A stretch of DNA of 64,000 nucleotides. Source: Oxalobacter sp. GTDB taxonomy: Bacteria; Pseudomonadota; Gammaproteobacteria; Burkholderiales; Burkholderiaceae_D. The stretch is from positions 9,176 through 73,175 of the forward strand of contig JAFWUI010000014.1 in NCBI GenBank assembly GCA_017524145.1. Reading direction: 5' to 3'. The first letter of the stretch is position 1, and every line of letters starts with the position of its first letter. The position numbers and the translations under genes are program-made. The notes under the pieces are model-generated. The model did not search any database. It was not told where the DNA came from and worked only from the letters and a program-made list of their open reading frames with translations. Below are positions 43,698-52,020 of this stretch, one piece after another.

Positions 43698-43747
43698 TAG
43701 GACATAATCTAGGACATGAAGCCGTTTAGGACATGGATTATGTCCCA
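43698..43747. repeat. Left-end TAGGACAT repeats (putative integrase arm-type sites)
   Basis: TAGGACAT at 43698, 43710 and 43727, plus an inverted near-copy ATGTCCCA at 43740. Confidence 0.75.
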
Positions 43748-43763
43748 ATTCTAAGGGGAAGGC

Positions 43764-45020
43764 ATGGCAACACGGCTGAAAAGACGGCTGACCGACACAC
43801 AGGTCAAGAAAGTAAAGGCAGCCCAGGACAAACAGGTTCTTCTGCAGGATGGGGACGGTCTTTATCTTGAGGTCAATCCATCCGGTTCAAAGATATGGCG
43901 CATGAAGACGATGATGCAAGGAAAGTCCATGCGCCTGACATTTGGCGAATACCCTGGACTGACATTGGCACAGGCTCGCAAAAAATGCGAAGAGACCCGC
44001 TCCCTTATCAACCAAGGAATAGACCCACGGGAAGCCAGGAAGGCAGCAGAAGCCGCTGAAAAGGCACGTGCTGACAACACTTTCGAAAAGATAGCCAGGA
44101 ACTGGCATAAAGACGGACTGCCTGATTGGAAAGAGAATACTGCCAAGGCAACATTGTCCAGGCTGGAAAGAGATGTCTTTCCAAAAATCGGACATATGCC
44201 GATAACCGACATTACCCACCAGCAGTTGATTGATGTCCTGAAAACCATTGAGAAGCGGGGAACCATTGACGCTGCCAAGCGGACAAAGACCGATTTAGCA
44301 CGCATCTACCGGTACGCCATCCAACGGAACATCATCGACCGGAACCTTGTAGATGATCTTGCGGGCGTGCTGAGGCGTGCGAACAAGTCACACTTCGCCA
44401 CAATCAAACCGGAAGAACTTCCTGCTTTCCTGAAGGCACTGGACCAGAACGCTATCAGGATGTACCTGTCCACGCGGATAGCCATTCAGCTTATGCTGAT
44501 GCTATTCCTGAGAACAAGTGAACTTATCGGGGCGGAATGGTCAGAGATTGATTTGGAAAACGGTGTCTGGATTGTCCCATGGCAGCGGATGAAGATGGGC
44601 AAGCGGAAGATAAACCCAGACCAGACCGACCACCGGATTGACCTGCCGCGTCAGGCTGTCGCCCTGCTGAAAGAACAGTACCAGTATTCAGGACACCGAC
44701 AGCACGTTTTTCCAAGCCAGAGAGACCCGAAAAAGCCCATGAGCAATGGTGCAATCCTGATGGCTCTGCGGAGAATGGGCTATCAGGGAAAAATGACCGG
44801 GCATGGCTTCAGGGCATTGGCAGCCAGTACGCTTGAGGAACTGGGTTTCCGGCATGAAGTCATTGACCGACAGCTGGCGCACAAATCCAAAGACAAGGTG
44901 CAGGCATCATATTTCCGTGCCGACTTCCAGGAGGAACGGAAAGAGATGCTCCAGGCATGGGCGGATTATATCGACACACTCCGCAGAAGAAACACCATCA
45001 AGCTAGTAAAGGCTGCGTAA
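43764..45020 (+). CDS. P4-like tyrosine integrase with Arm-DNA-binding domain
   Basis: LTDTQVK..DGDGLYLEVNPSGSKIWR..LTFGEYP..LAQAR; catalytic residues in FLRTSEL, HGFR, QLAH, ASY. Confidence 0.95.
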   Translation: MATRLKRRLTDTQVKKVKAAQDKQVLLQDGDGLYLEVNPSGSKIWRMKTMMQGKSMRLTFGEYPGLTLAQARKKCEETRSLINQGIDPREARKAAEAAEKARADNTFEKIARNWHKDGLPDWKENTAKATLSRLERDVFPKIGHMPITDITHQQLIDVLKTIEKRGTIDAAKRTKTDLARIYRYAIQRNIIDRNLVDDLAGVLRRANKSHFATIKPEELPAFLKALDQNAIRMYLSTRIAIQLMLMLFLRTSELIGAEWSEIDLENGVWIVPWQRMKMGKRKINPDQTDHRIDLPRQAVALLKEQYQYSGHRQHVFPSQRDPKKPMSNGAILMALRRMGYQGKMTGHGFRALAASTLEELGFRHEVIDRQLAHKSKDKVQASYFRADFQEERKEMLQAWADYIDTLRRRNTIKLVKAA

Positions 45021-45050
45021 TGCCTTACGACTTCGATTAACGGGGGACTT

Positions 45051-45662
45051 ATGAAAGACCTGCTATTGAAAATGGCAAAACATCACTTAGAACCTGAGCG
45101 GTATTATCGGAAAGACGAATCTTATGGAGATTTTGTAGAGAGCACCTATCAGAAGGGGGAACAAGCACTTCTTAAAAAACAGTTTTCCCATCTGATAGAT
45201 TTTTTTCGATTGCAAAAAATAGTTGGGATTAAGCTAGACCTCGAAGACAAATTGCAAAAGTACAATCAAGTCCTGGAGAAATATCCTGAAATAAGAAAGG
45301 AGATAGACGATTTAATTTATGGAGAAAAAGGACGGCTTGAAAGACTAGATATAAGCAGCATCGAGGAAACGGAAAAAATATTCGAAACGTTACGCAGGAC
45401 AGAATTGGTACGGAATGATGCAAGGAAAACAATAAATCGAAGTAGAGGGGGCAAAAAGAAAAATGAGAATGAGGGCTTTGTTGATAAAAAACTCAAATTC
45501 AACCAAGCGGCCTGTTCTTTTTTTAACAAAAATCCACCTGGCGACAGAGGAAATAAAGAAAATTTTGTTCAAACGATGATAACCCAATTAGGAATTTCTG
45601 ATGAAGCTGCTAGAGGCTGGTTAAGATTGTTTTTGTCTCAAAAATTTCACGTATCTGCTTAA
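45051..45662 (+). CDS. Hypothetical protein, AT-rich, Lys/Glu-rich, possible C-terminal HTH
   Basis: 203-aa ORF with GGGGG RBS-like run between int and alpA; visibly more AT-rich than its flanks. Confidence 0.7.
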   Translation: MKDLLLKMAKHHLEPERYYRKDESYGDFVESTYQKGEQALLKKQFSHLIDFFRLQKIVGIKLDLEDKLQKYNQVLEKYPEIRKEIDDLIYGEKGRLERLDISSIEETEKIFETLRRTELVRNDARKTINRSRGGKKKNENEGFVDKKLKFNQAACSFFNKNPPGDRGNKENFVQTMITQLGISDEAARGWLRLFLSQKFHVSA

Positions 45663-45753
45663 GCATATACCTAAACAAAGTCTTCAAAGAACGGCTTAAT
45701 ACTTCCCTGTAAGGAATAGTTCCTTACGAAACCATCATGTTTTGGAGGTACTT

Positions 45754-45969
45754 ATGCTAGTCAACAACATTCAAGAAAACATCAGGCGTCCACGTCCGCT
45801 GTCATGGGTGATGGACTTCACAAATCTTTCCAAACAATCAATTTATCGCCTTATGGCGGAAAATGATTTTCCACGCCAAATCAATTTAGGGGCAAGAAAA
45901 GTTGCTTGGCTTGAATCTGAAGTCAGGGCATGGCTTGACCATCGTATTGAAGCCTCAAAAGCATCATAA
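45754..45969 (+). CDS. alpA: AlpA family regulator / excisionase
   Basis: VMDFTNLSKQSIYRLMAENDFPRQINLGARKVAWLESEVRAWL; GGAGG RBS. Confidence 0.92.
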   Translation: MLVNNIQENIRRPRPLSWVMDFTNLSKQSIYRLMAENDFPRQINLGARKVAWLESEVRAWLDHRIEASKAS

Positions 45970-45979
45970 GAGGCCTTCC

Positions 45980-46351
45980 ATGGAACAGATAAAAGACCTG
46001 CTGGGTGATGCCTTCCCCATAAAAGAAAACCCCCATGCAGCAGAAACTACACAGGGGAAAGCAATAACCGAAGAACATTCTACATCAAACAGGGAACCGA
46101 TTACAGGACAACTTGCGCTTATCGCTGGGATACTCAGAAAAAACGGGCGGATAAGCACAGAAGATGCTGGGCGAGCTGGAATACTTGCAAAAAGCCTATC
46201 TGCAAGGATTTGCGACCTACGAGAGCGAGAATGGGTTATACACACTGATATAACCCCGCAGGATGCAGGGTACGGTATCAAGAAACCTTTGCCGCTGTAT
46301 ATCCTTAAGGAAATCCCGTTGTTTGATTTGGCTGGAAGCTATGGGCGTTGA
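45980..46351 (+). CDS. Winged helix-turn-helix protein (phage/island type)
   Basis: ILRKNGRISTEDA..LSARICDLREREWVIHT..YIL pattern of HTH_39-like proteins. Confidence 0.7.
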   Translation: MEQIKDLLGDAFPIKENPHAAETTQGKAITEEHSTSNREPITGQLALIAGILRKNGRISTEDAGRAGILAKSLSARICDLREREWVIHTDITPQDAGYGIKKPLPLYILKEIPLFDLAGSYGR

Positions 46352-46727
46352 TCGAAGCAGACGGCAGAAGCAAAAGAGAAAAGAACAAGGGTTTTACGCA
46401 TCCCCAAGGAACCTGCTGAAATCCCCGGATTTCCGTGAGCTGTCAGCATGGGCGGTCAAGCTGTATTTTCACTTTGCCAGCCAATACAACGGTTATAACA
46501 ATGGCAAGCTGACAGCGGTTTATTCTGAGCTTTTGAGAGACTTGGCCTTTTTGTCCCCTACTCGCATTGTCAATGCAAAACGGGAATTAACTGAAAAAGG
46601 GTTCATCAGGCAAACTGCCATTGGGAACAAGCGAACAAAAGAACCGGACCGCTTTGCCATCTTGAAACCGTCACTAGGTATTGACTGGACTGCAAACGCG
46701 GACAACATAGCCATGAAACCGCCTTGA
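46341..46727 (+). CDS. Small winged-helix putative replication initiator
   Basis: FYASPRNLLKSPDFRELSAWAVKLY..QYNGYNNGKL..RELTEKGFI; immediately followed by an iteron-like array. Confidence 0.65.
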   Translation: MGVDRSRRQKQKRKEQGFYASPRNLLKSPDFRELSAWAVKLYFHFASQYNGYNNGKLTAVYSELLRDLAFLSPTRIVNAKRELTEKGFIRQTAIGNKRTKEPDRFAILKPSLGIDWTANADNIAMKPP

Positions 46728-46754
46728 TTATCCTATAACAGGAAAAATGTGTGG

Positions 46755-46910
46755 CTTCTACCGTGGAAGCAGAAACAGGCTTTTTACTTCCACCTTGGAA
46801 GCAGATACCCCGAAAATAGGATTATCTACTTCTACCGCAGAAGCCATATCGCACTAAAAACACCGTTTTTCTACTTCTACCGTAGAAGACCTATATAGAT
46901 ATATACCATA
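46755..46910. repeat. Four palindromic 15-16 bp repeats plus an AT-rich tract (putative iteron origin)
   Basis: CTTCTACCGTGGAAG (46755), CTTCCACCTTGGAAG (46787), CTTCTACCGCAGAAG (46829), CTTCTACCGTAGAAG (46874), then TATATAGATATATACCATA. Confidence 0.8.
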
Positions 46911-46949
46911 TGCCCTGTTTGTACGGGGCTAGAGGCTGAAAGGAAACAG

Positions 46950-47471
46950 ATGAACATTACGACAGAGACGATAACGAGGGCTTTCTGTGCTCTCATGGAC
47001 TTAGGCACAGAAAAAGCTGTTGCAACGGCTGTTGCTGATGGCATTGAGGAACAAACGGCTAGGGCTTTGGTTGCTGGCTTCGAATATGGACTAGATGACC
47101 GCCTCAAGCCATATAACTTGGCATCACAAGTCAGGGAAACTTTGGAAGCTTATGCCAGTGCTGATGAAAATGAAATCCAACGGCTGATGGTTGCAGATGG
47201 CTATCCAGAAGATGTTGCGCGGGCTTTTGCCTATGGCTGCACCTCAAACAGCAAGGAACCACCTAGCCCAGAACAGGCAGAAAAACTGGAAAACCTGAAA
47301 TCTATGTTTGACCCGCAGGAATGTCAGGAAATCTGCCTTGAAGCCTTGAAGTCCATGAAACTGCTGCGGAGTGCCAAGGAACTGATTGCCGAGGTCAGGA
47401 CTAGCATCATCGACAGCGGAGCATCCACAGAAGCCGCAGATGCGTTTATCCACGGCTTTATGATTCGATAA
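46950..47471 (+). CDS. Hypothetical acidic alpha-helical protein with three internal repeats
   Basis: ADGIEEQTARALVAGF / ADGYPEDVARAFAYGC / DSGASTEAADAFIHGF; AAGGA RBS. Confidence 0.75.
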   Translation: MNITTETITRAFCALMDLGTEKAVATAVADGIEEQTARALVAGFEYGLDDRLKPYNLASQVRETLEAYASADENEIQRLMVADGYPEDVARAFAYGCTSNSKEPPSPEQAEKLENLKSMFDPQECQEICLEALKSMKLLRSAKELIAEVRTSIIDSGASTEAADAFIHGFMIR

Positions 47472-47533
47472 CCAATATGGGCAGGGCTTTAAGGCCTTGT
47501 CCATTTCCTGCTAACAGAAAGGAAACAGGAATC

Positions 47534-47857
47534 ATGGCTAGATTCGAGAAAGGGAAATCTGGCAATCCGTCCGGCAGACCAAAGCAGACAACAGATGAAC
47601 TTGACCTGATCTATGCGTGTAAACAGAAGTCTATAAAGGCTCTGGATAAACTGGAAGCATTGATGGACAGCGAGAACGAAGGCATAGCCTTGAAGGCATC
47701 ACTGGCAATCATTGAGCGGGCATACGGCAAGCCACGTCAGGAAATCGACACGACAACCAATCAGCCACCCGAACCGCCAAAGATTGTAATCTCCTTTTTC
47801 GACCCTAAAGACGACAAGGAACCGCCAAAAAATGGAATACGCATCACGGATGATTAG
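47534..47857 (+). CDS. DUF5681-type protein, putative small terminase-like DNA packaging protein
   Basis: N-terminal MARFEKGKSGNPSGRPK motif and IIERAYGKPRQ; start trimmed to ATG 47534 after AGGA. Confidence 0.75.
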   Translation: MARFEKGKSGNPSGRPKQTTDELDLIYACKQKSIKALDKLEALMDSENEGIALKASLAIIERAYGKPRQEIDTTTNQPPEPPKIVISFFDPKDDKEPPKNGIRITDD

Positions 47858-47900
47858 GGAATTTACCTTTCTCCCTGGCATCCTCATCTTGCAAAAAAAG

Positions 47901-47940
47901 AAAACGCACCGCTATGTCCACTAATATAGCGGTGCGTTTT
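47901..47940. terminator. Bidirectional terminator ending the element's rightward operon
   Basis: AAAACGCACCGCTAT...ATAGCGGTGCGTTTT perfect 15-bp inverted repeat. Confidence 0.85.
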
Positions 47941-48014
47941 CCTCTGGAAAAGATTCTTGAACGGGAATTTCTAAGATTTTAGACGCACGTTTTCAACCAT
48001 TGAACCGAAGAACG

Positions 48015-48221
48015 TCACCAAGTTGTAGTTTTGAATTTTGGCAAATGGTCTTTACGGGCATTGGCGAATGACAGGAAACAGCGCAAATCAGCATTGACAT
48101 CTTGCACCGCTTCAATGAAAGCAGGTAGGTCTATGCCGTTGGTTTGAAACTGTAAGAGGGCATGTTCTAGAGCGGCTCCCATTTCGTTGAGGTCATAAGT
48201 CTTTTCGATAGCTTCTGGCAT
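48015..48221 (-). CDS. Small hypothetical protein (68 aa) at the right end of the element
   Basis: ATG 48221 preceded by AAGGAG; transcribed toward the 47901 hairpin. Confidence 0.6.
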   Translation of the reverse strand: MPEAIEKTYDLNEMGAALEHALLQFQTNGIDLPAFIEAVQDVNADLRCFLSFANARKDHLPKFKTTTW

Positions 48222-48298
48222 TTGTCTTTCTCCTTGGTTGATTGATGAACAAACTGATGGAAAGACAACACTGTTTTTCCGACATGACTTTTTCAAAT

Positions 48299-48318
48299 TA
48301 GGACATGATTTAGGACAT
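48299..48318. repeat. Right-end TAGGACAT repeat pair (putative integrase arm-type sites)
   Basis: TAGGACAT at 48299 and 48311, same 12-bp period as the left pair at 43698/43710. Confidence 0.75.
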
Positions 48319-48412
48319 AACTGATTTTTGTAACTAGAAGTTTCTTTTAAAAACAATCGTTTATCAAATCAGTTAGACGCACGCCGGACCATCCAAAAAA
48401 ACAGGATACAGC

Positions 48413-48438
48413 AATGGCATCCACATGGATGCCATTTT
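48413..48438. terminator. Hairpin terminator downstream of purM, possibly the original tRNA-Arg terminator
   Basis: AATGGCATCCA-CA-TGGATGCCATT followed by T residues. Confidence 0.7.
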
Positions 48439-48459
48439 TATTGGAACTATGCCTTCAAG

Positions 48460-49503
48460 TTACCGGACGATAGTCTGCGGTTCACCATCGGCACGCTGAC
48501 GGACCTGACCGATCTGCCAGACGGTTTCTCCTGCTTCCTTGAGCAGGGAAATGGTTTTGCCAGCATCTTCCCTGGCAACAATCACTGCCATTCCGATACC
48601 ACAGTTGAAGACGCGGTGCATCTCATCTTCTGCTACATTACCATTCTGCTGCAGCCAACGGAACAGAGGCGGCATTTCCCAAGCTTTTGCCTGGATTTCT
48701 GCCGTGACATTGTCCGGCAGTATCCGGGGAATGTTTTCAACCAGACCTCCACCGGTGATATGCGCCATCCCCTTGACCCCGACGGTTTCCATCAATTTCA
48801 GCAGGGGTTTCACATAGATGCGGGTCGGCTGCATCAGGGCATCCGCCAGTGACCTGCCATCAAAATCGGCTTCGAGATCCGGCTTCGCAACATCTATGAT
48901 GCGCCTGACCAGTGAATAGCCGTTTGAATGGATACCCGAAGAAGCCAGGCCGATGACTGCATCCCCCGGGATAATCTTTGTTCCATCTATCAGCCGGTCT
49001 TTCTCTGCTACCCCGACCGCAAAACCTGCAAGGTCATATTCCCCTTCTGGATACATCCCAGGCATTTCGGCCGTTTCTCCACCAATCAGGGCGCATCCCG
49101 CCTGCTCGCAGCCTGCCGCAATCCCTTTGATGACACGGGAAGCCGTTCCGACATCCAGCTTGCCGCAGGAGAAATAATCGAGAAAAAACAACGGTTCTGC
49201 GCCCTGAACAAGAATATCGTTCACACTCATTGCCACAAGGTCGATACCGACCGTATCATGGCGGTTAAGCTGGAATGCCAGTTTGAGTTTGGTACCGACA
49301 CCATCTGTACCCGACACCAAGACCGGGTTCCGGTACTTTTTGCTGATTTCAAAAAGGGCACCGAAACCACCGATGCCACCCAATACGCCATCCCGCATCG
49401 TGCGTTTGGCAAAGGGTTTGATGGCATTGACCAGCGCATCACCGGCATCGATATCGACACCGGCATCGCGGTAAGAAAGGGACTGTTTGGCTGAAAGACT
49501 CAT
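48460..49503 (-). CDS. purM: Phosphoribosylformylglycinamidine cyclo-ligase
   Basis: [50 protein letters not shown]. Confidence 0.98.
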   Translation of the reverse strand: MSLSAKQSLSYRDAGVDIDAGDALVNAIKPFAKRTMRDGVLGGIGGFGALFEISKKYRNPVLVSGTDGVGTKLKLAFQLNRHDTVGIDLVAMSVNDILVQGAEPLFFLDYFSCGKLDVGTASRVIKGIAAGCEQAGCALIGGETAEMPGMYPEGEYDLAGFAVGVAEKDRLIDGTKIIPGDAVIGLASSGIHSNGYSLVRRIIDVAKPDLEADFDGRSLADALMQPTRIYVKPLLKLMETVGVKGMAHITGGGLVENIPRILPDNVTAEIQAKAWEMPPLFRWLQQNGNVAEDEMHRVFNCGIGMAVIVAREDAGKTISLLKEAGETVWQIGQVRQRADGEPQTIVR

Positions 49504-49575
49504 AATATATGCGCTGCTAGGCGTAAAATAACGATAATGACTATTTTAACAAACTGCTTGCGCGAGTACGACTGA

Positions 49576-50658
49576 ATGGCTTTCTCAATGACTCCTTACC
49601 AACGTCAGGCTGCCCTCTGGTCCGGTATCGGGATTGCCTTCATTCTCGTGCTCTGGCTGCTGGGCCCTATCCTGACACCATTTATCGCCGGTGGCGTATT
49701 GGCCTATGCACTTGACCCGATTGTGGAACGCATCTGCAAAATCCATATCGGCAGTCACCGTATCCCGCGTTTTGTCGGTGTGCTGATTGTCCTGATGCTG
49801 CTGATTGCCGTCATCACCGCCATCATCCTGGTCATTGTTCCGATGCTTCTGACGGAATGGCCGCTGCTGTCTGCGCAGCTGCCTGTTTTCCTGACAAAAC
49901 TGCATGCGGAACTGAGCGGGTTCCTTGGAAGATTCGGCATTGTCCTGCCACCGGATACGGCTTCTTTACTGAAACAGCTGTTTGATCAGTTCATCCCGAA
50001 GTCTGATGAAGGCTGGCAGCAGTTGATACAGAAGGTCAGCCTTGGCTGGTCAACCATCTTCACCATTGCCTGGAACATCATCCTGATTCCTGTTGTCTTC
50101 ATTTATCTGTTGCTGGATTGGCATATCATCACCCGTCAGCTCCGTGAACTGATTCCCCGTCGATGGGTACCGACCATCATCGGTTTCACCAATGAAGTCA
50201 GCACCATGCTGGCGCAGTACCTCCGCGGCCAGCTGTCTGTCATGATCATCCTGTCCATCTACTATTCGGTTGCCCTGACATTGGCTGGTTACACTGTAGG
50301 CGTGCCAATCGGCATCATCACAGGCATGATGGCCTTTGTCCCTTATGTCGGCATCTGTGTCGGGGTTTTACTGGCTGCCGCAGCAACCCTGCTGCAGTTT
50401 GACGGGATGACGATGTGGATTGTCCTGCTGATGATTTATGGGTTCGGCTATGCGTTTGATGGACTGTTCATGACGCCGAAACTGGTAGGCAACCGGATCC
50501 AACTGCATCCATTGATTGTGATTTTTGCCCTGCTGGCTTTCGGGCAGCTGTTCGGTTTTGTCGGCATCCTGATTGCATTGCCTTCTTCTGCAATCCTGTC
50601 TGTTGCTTTCCGCCGCCTGCGGAAAGCTTATATCGCCAGCCATTTCTATAAAGGCTGA
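49576..50658 (+). CDS. AI-2E family (PerM-like) transporter
   Basis: LAYALDPIV, YLRGQL, FVPYVG, PKLVG..LHP, FGFVGILIALP; divergent from purM. Confidence 0.9.
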   Translation: MAFSMTPYQRQAALWSGIGIAFILVLWLLGPILTPFIAGGVLAYALDPIVERICKIHIGSHRIPRFVGVLIVLMLLIAVITAIILVIVPMLLTEWPLLSAQLPVFLTKLHAELSGFLGRFGIVLPPDTASLLKQLFDQFIPKSDEGWQQLIQKVSLGWSTIFTIAWNIILIPVVFIYLLLDWHIITRQLRELIPRRWVPTIIGFTNEVSTMLAQYLRGQLSVMIILSIYYSVALTLAGYTVGVPIGIITGMMAFVPYVGICVGVLLAAAATLLQFDGMTMWIVLLMIYGFGYAFDGLFMTPKLVGNRIQLHPLIVIFALLAFGQLFGFVGILIALPSSAILSVAFRRLRKAYIASHFYKG

Positions 50659-50666
50659 CGGCCATC

Positions 50667-51350
50667 ATGCAAAAACAGCTGCTGCTTGACTTGGGCACTT
50701 CCCTGCCACCATCCCTGAAGGATTTTGTGGTTGGACGCAATGCGGAAGTGCTCCAACTGCTCCATGGCATTGCTGAACGCCGTTCGCCAAACCACTTTGC
50801 CTATCTATGGGGGGAAGCGGGAACAGGCAAAACCCATCTGCTACAGTCATTGGCACAATATGCACCAGCACGTTATATCGCTTCATATTCCCCTTTGGGT
50901 GATTTCTCCTTTTCGCCGGAAATCTCGCTGTACCTGTTGGATGACTGCGACAGGCTGCCCCCCCGTGAACAGATTGCCGCATTCAATCTGTTCAACCAGA
51001 TCCGTGACAGCCAGTCTGCCTACCTTGTCACAGCAGGCAACTGTGCCCCTATGGCACTGCCTCTCCGGGATGACCTGCGGAGCCGTCTCTGTTGGGGATT
51101 GGCCTATCAGCTCCATGGATTGACGGATGAAGAGAAACTCGAGGCCCTTGCCGCCCAAGCAAAGTCCCGGGGAATCAACCTGTCGGCAGGTGTCCTGCCA
51201 TGGTTGCTGGCACATTACCGTCGGGACCTGCATTCCCTGGTGCAGATTCTGGATGAACTGGACCATTACTCCCTTCAGATGAAACGCACGGTCACTTTAC
51301 CGCTCCTGCATGATCTGCTGCAACAGAAACTGGAACAGCCACATGACTGA
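50667..51350 (+). CDS. hda: DnaA regulatory inactivator Hda
   Basis: QLLLDL clamp motif, FVVGRN, WGEAGTGKTHLL, DLRSRL. Confidence 0.93.
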   Translation: MQKQLLLDLGTSLPPSLKDFVVGRNAEVLQLLHGIAERRSPNHFAYLWGEAGTGKTHLLQSLAQYAPARYIASYSPLGDFSFSPEISLYLLDDCDRLPPREQIAAFNLFNQIRDSQSAYLVTAGNCAPMALPLRDDLRSRLCWGLAYQLHGLTDEEKLEALAAQAKSRGINLSAGVLPWLLAHYRRDLHSLVQILDELDHYSLQMKRTVTLPLLHDLLQQKLEQPHD

Positions 51351-52020
51351 CACGCTTGCTTTGTTTGACCTTGACAATACCCTGCTGCCCATCGATTCCG
51401 ATTATGAATGGGGACAGTTCATCGTCCGTATCGGTGCGGTCGATAAGGACACTTATGAGAAAAAGAACCAGATGTTCTTCGACCAGTATATCGCTGGGAC
51501 ACTGGATCCCGCTGAGTACCTGGCATTCGCATTGGGGGAACTGAAGGGAATTCCCCGGCATCAGCTGGATGCCTGGCGGCAGCAGTATATGGAAGAGGTC
51601 ATCCTGCCGAATATCTGCCCCGCAGCACGTGACTTGGTCAATAGCCATCTTGACAAGGGCCATCTGACGGCAATTGTGACTGCAACCAACCGGTTTGTGA
51701 CCGAACCCATTGCACAAGCTTTTGGTGTGGAACACCTGATTGCCGCTGTCCCTGAAGAAGCATCCGATGGCAGTTTGACGGGCAATCTGATTGGCACGCC
51801 GACATCAGGAAAAGGTAAAATTGAACACACTGAAAAATGGCTGGCATCGATGGGACTTTCCTTTGACCATTTTGCAGAGAGCTGGTTTTACAGTGACTCG
51901 GACCGTGACATCCCGTTGCTGTCAAAAGTGAAGCATCCTGTCGCCGCCAATCCAAATGACCGCCTGAAAGCCTATGCCCAGGCAAAAGGATGGGATTTAC
52001 TGTATTTGTTCAATGATTGA
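51343..52020 (+). CDS. HAD-IB family hydrolase
   Basis: LALFDLDNTLL..DSDYEW, VTATN, FYSDS..DIPLL; conserved hda-HAD-pcnB position. Confidence 0.9.
   Translation: MTDTLALFDLDNTLLPIDSDYEWGQFIVRIGAVDKDTYEKKNQMFFDQYIAGTLDPAEYLAFALGELKGIPRHQLDAWRQQYMEEVILPNICPAARDLVNSHLDKGHLTAIVTATNRFVTEPIAQAFGVEHLIAAVPEEASDGSLTGNLIGTPTSGKGKIEHTEKWLASMGLSFDHFAESWFYSDSDRDIPLLSKVKHPVAANPNDRLKAYAQAKGWDLLYLFND

Larger units (their letters stand above)
43571..48391. mobile_element. ~4.8 kb tRNA-Arg-integrated element, minimal phage-satellite-like
   Basis: P4-type integrase next to the tRNA; alpA, HTH, Rep-like ORF with iterons, DUF5681 ORF; TAGGACAT repeat pairs at both ends; CGCCGGA----CCA remnant of the tRNA 3' end at 48382-48391. 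Confidence 0.85.

Noticed and set aside
46755-46889. Possible mini CRISPR array
   Set aside because: Repeats are only 15-16 bp, imperfect and unevenly spaced, with no cas genes; the position after a Rep-like gene fits iterons better.
43571-48391. Complete prophage or ICE
   Set aside because: No capsid, portal, tail, lysis, large terminase, relaxase or T4SS genes are recognisable.
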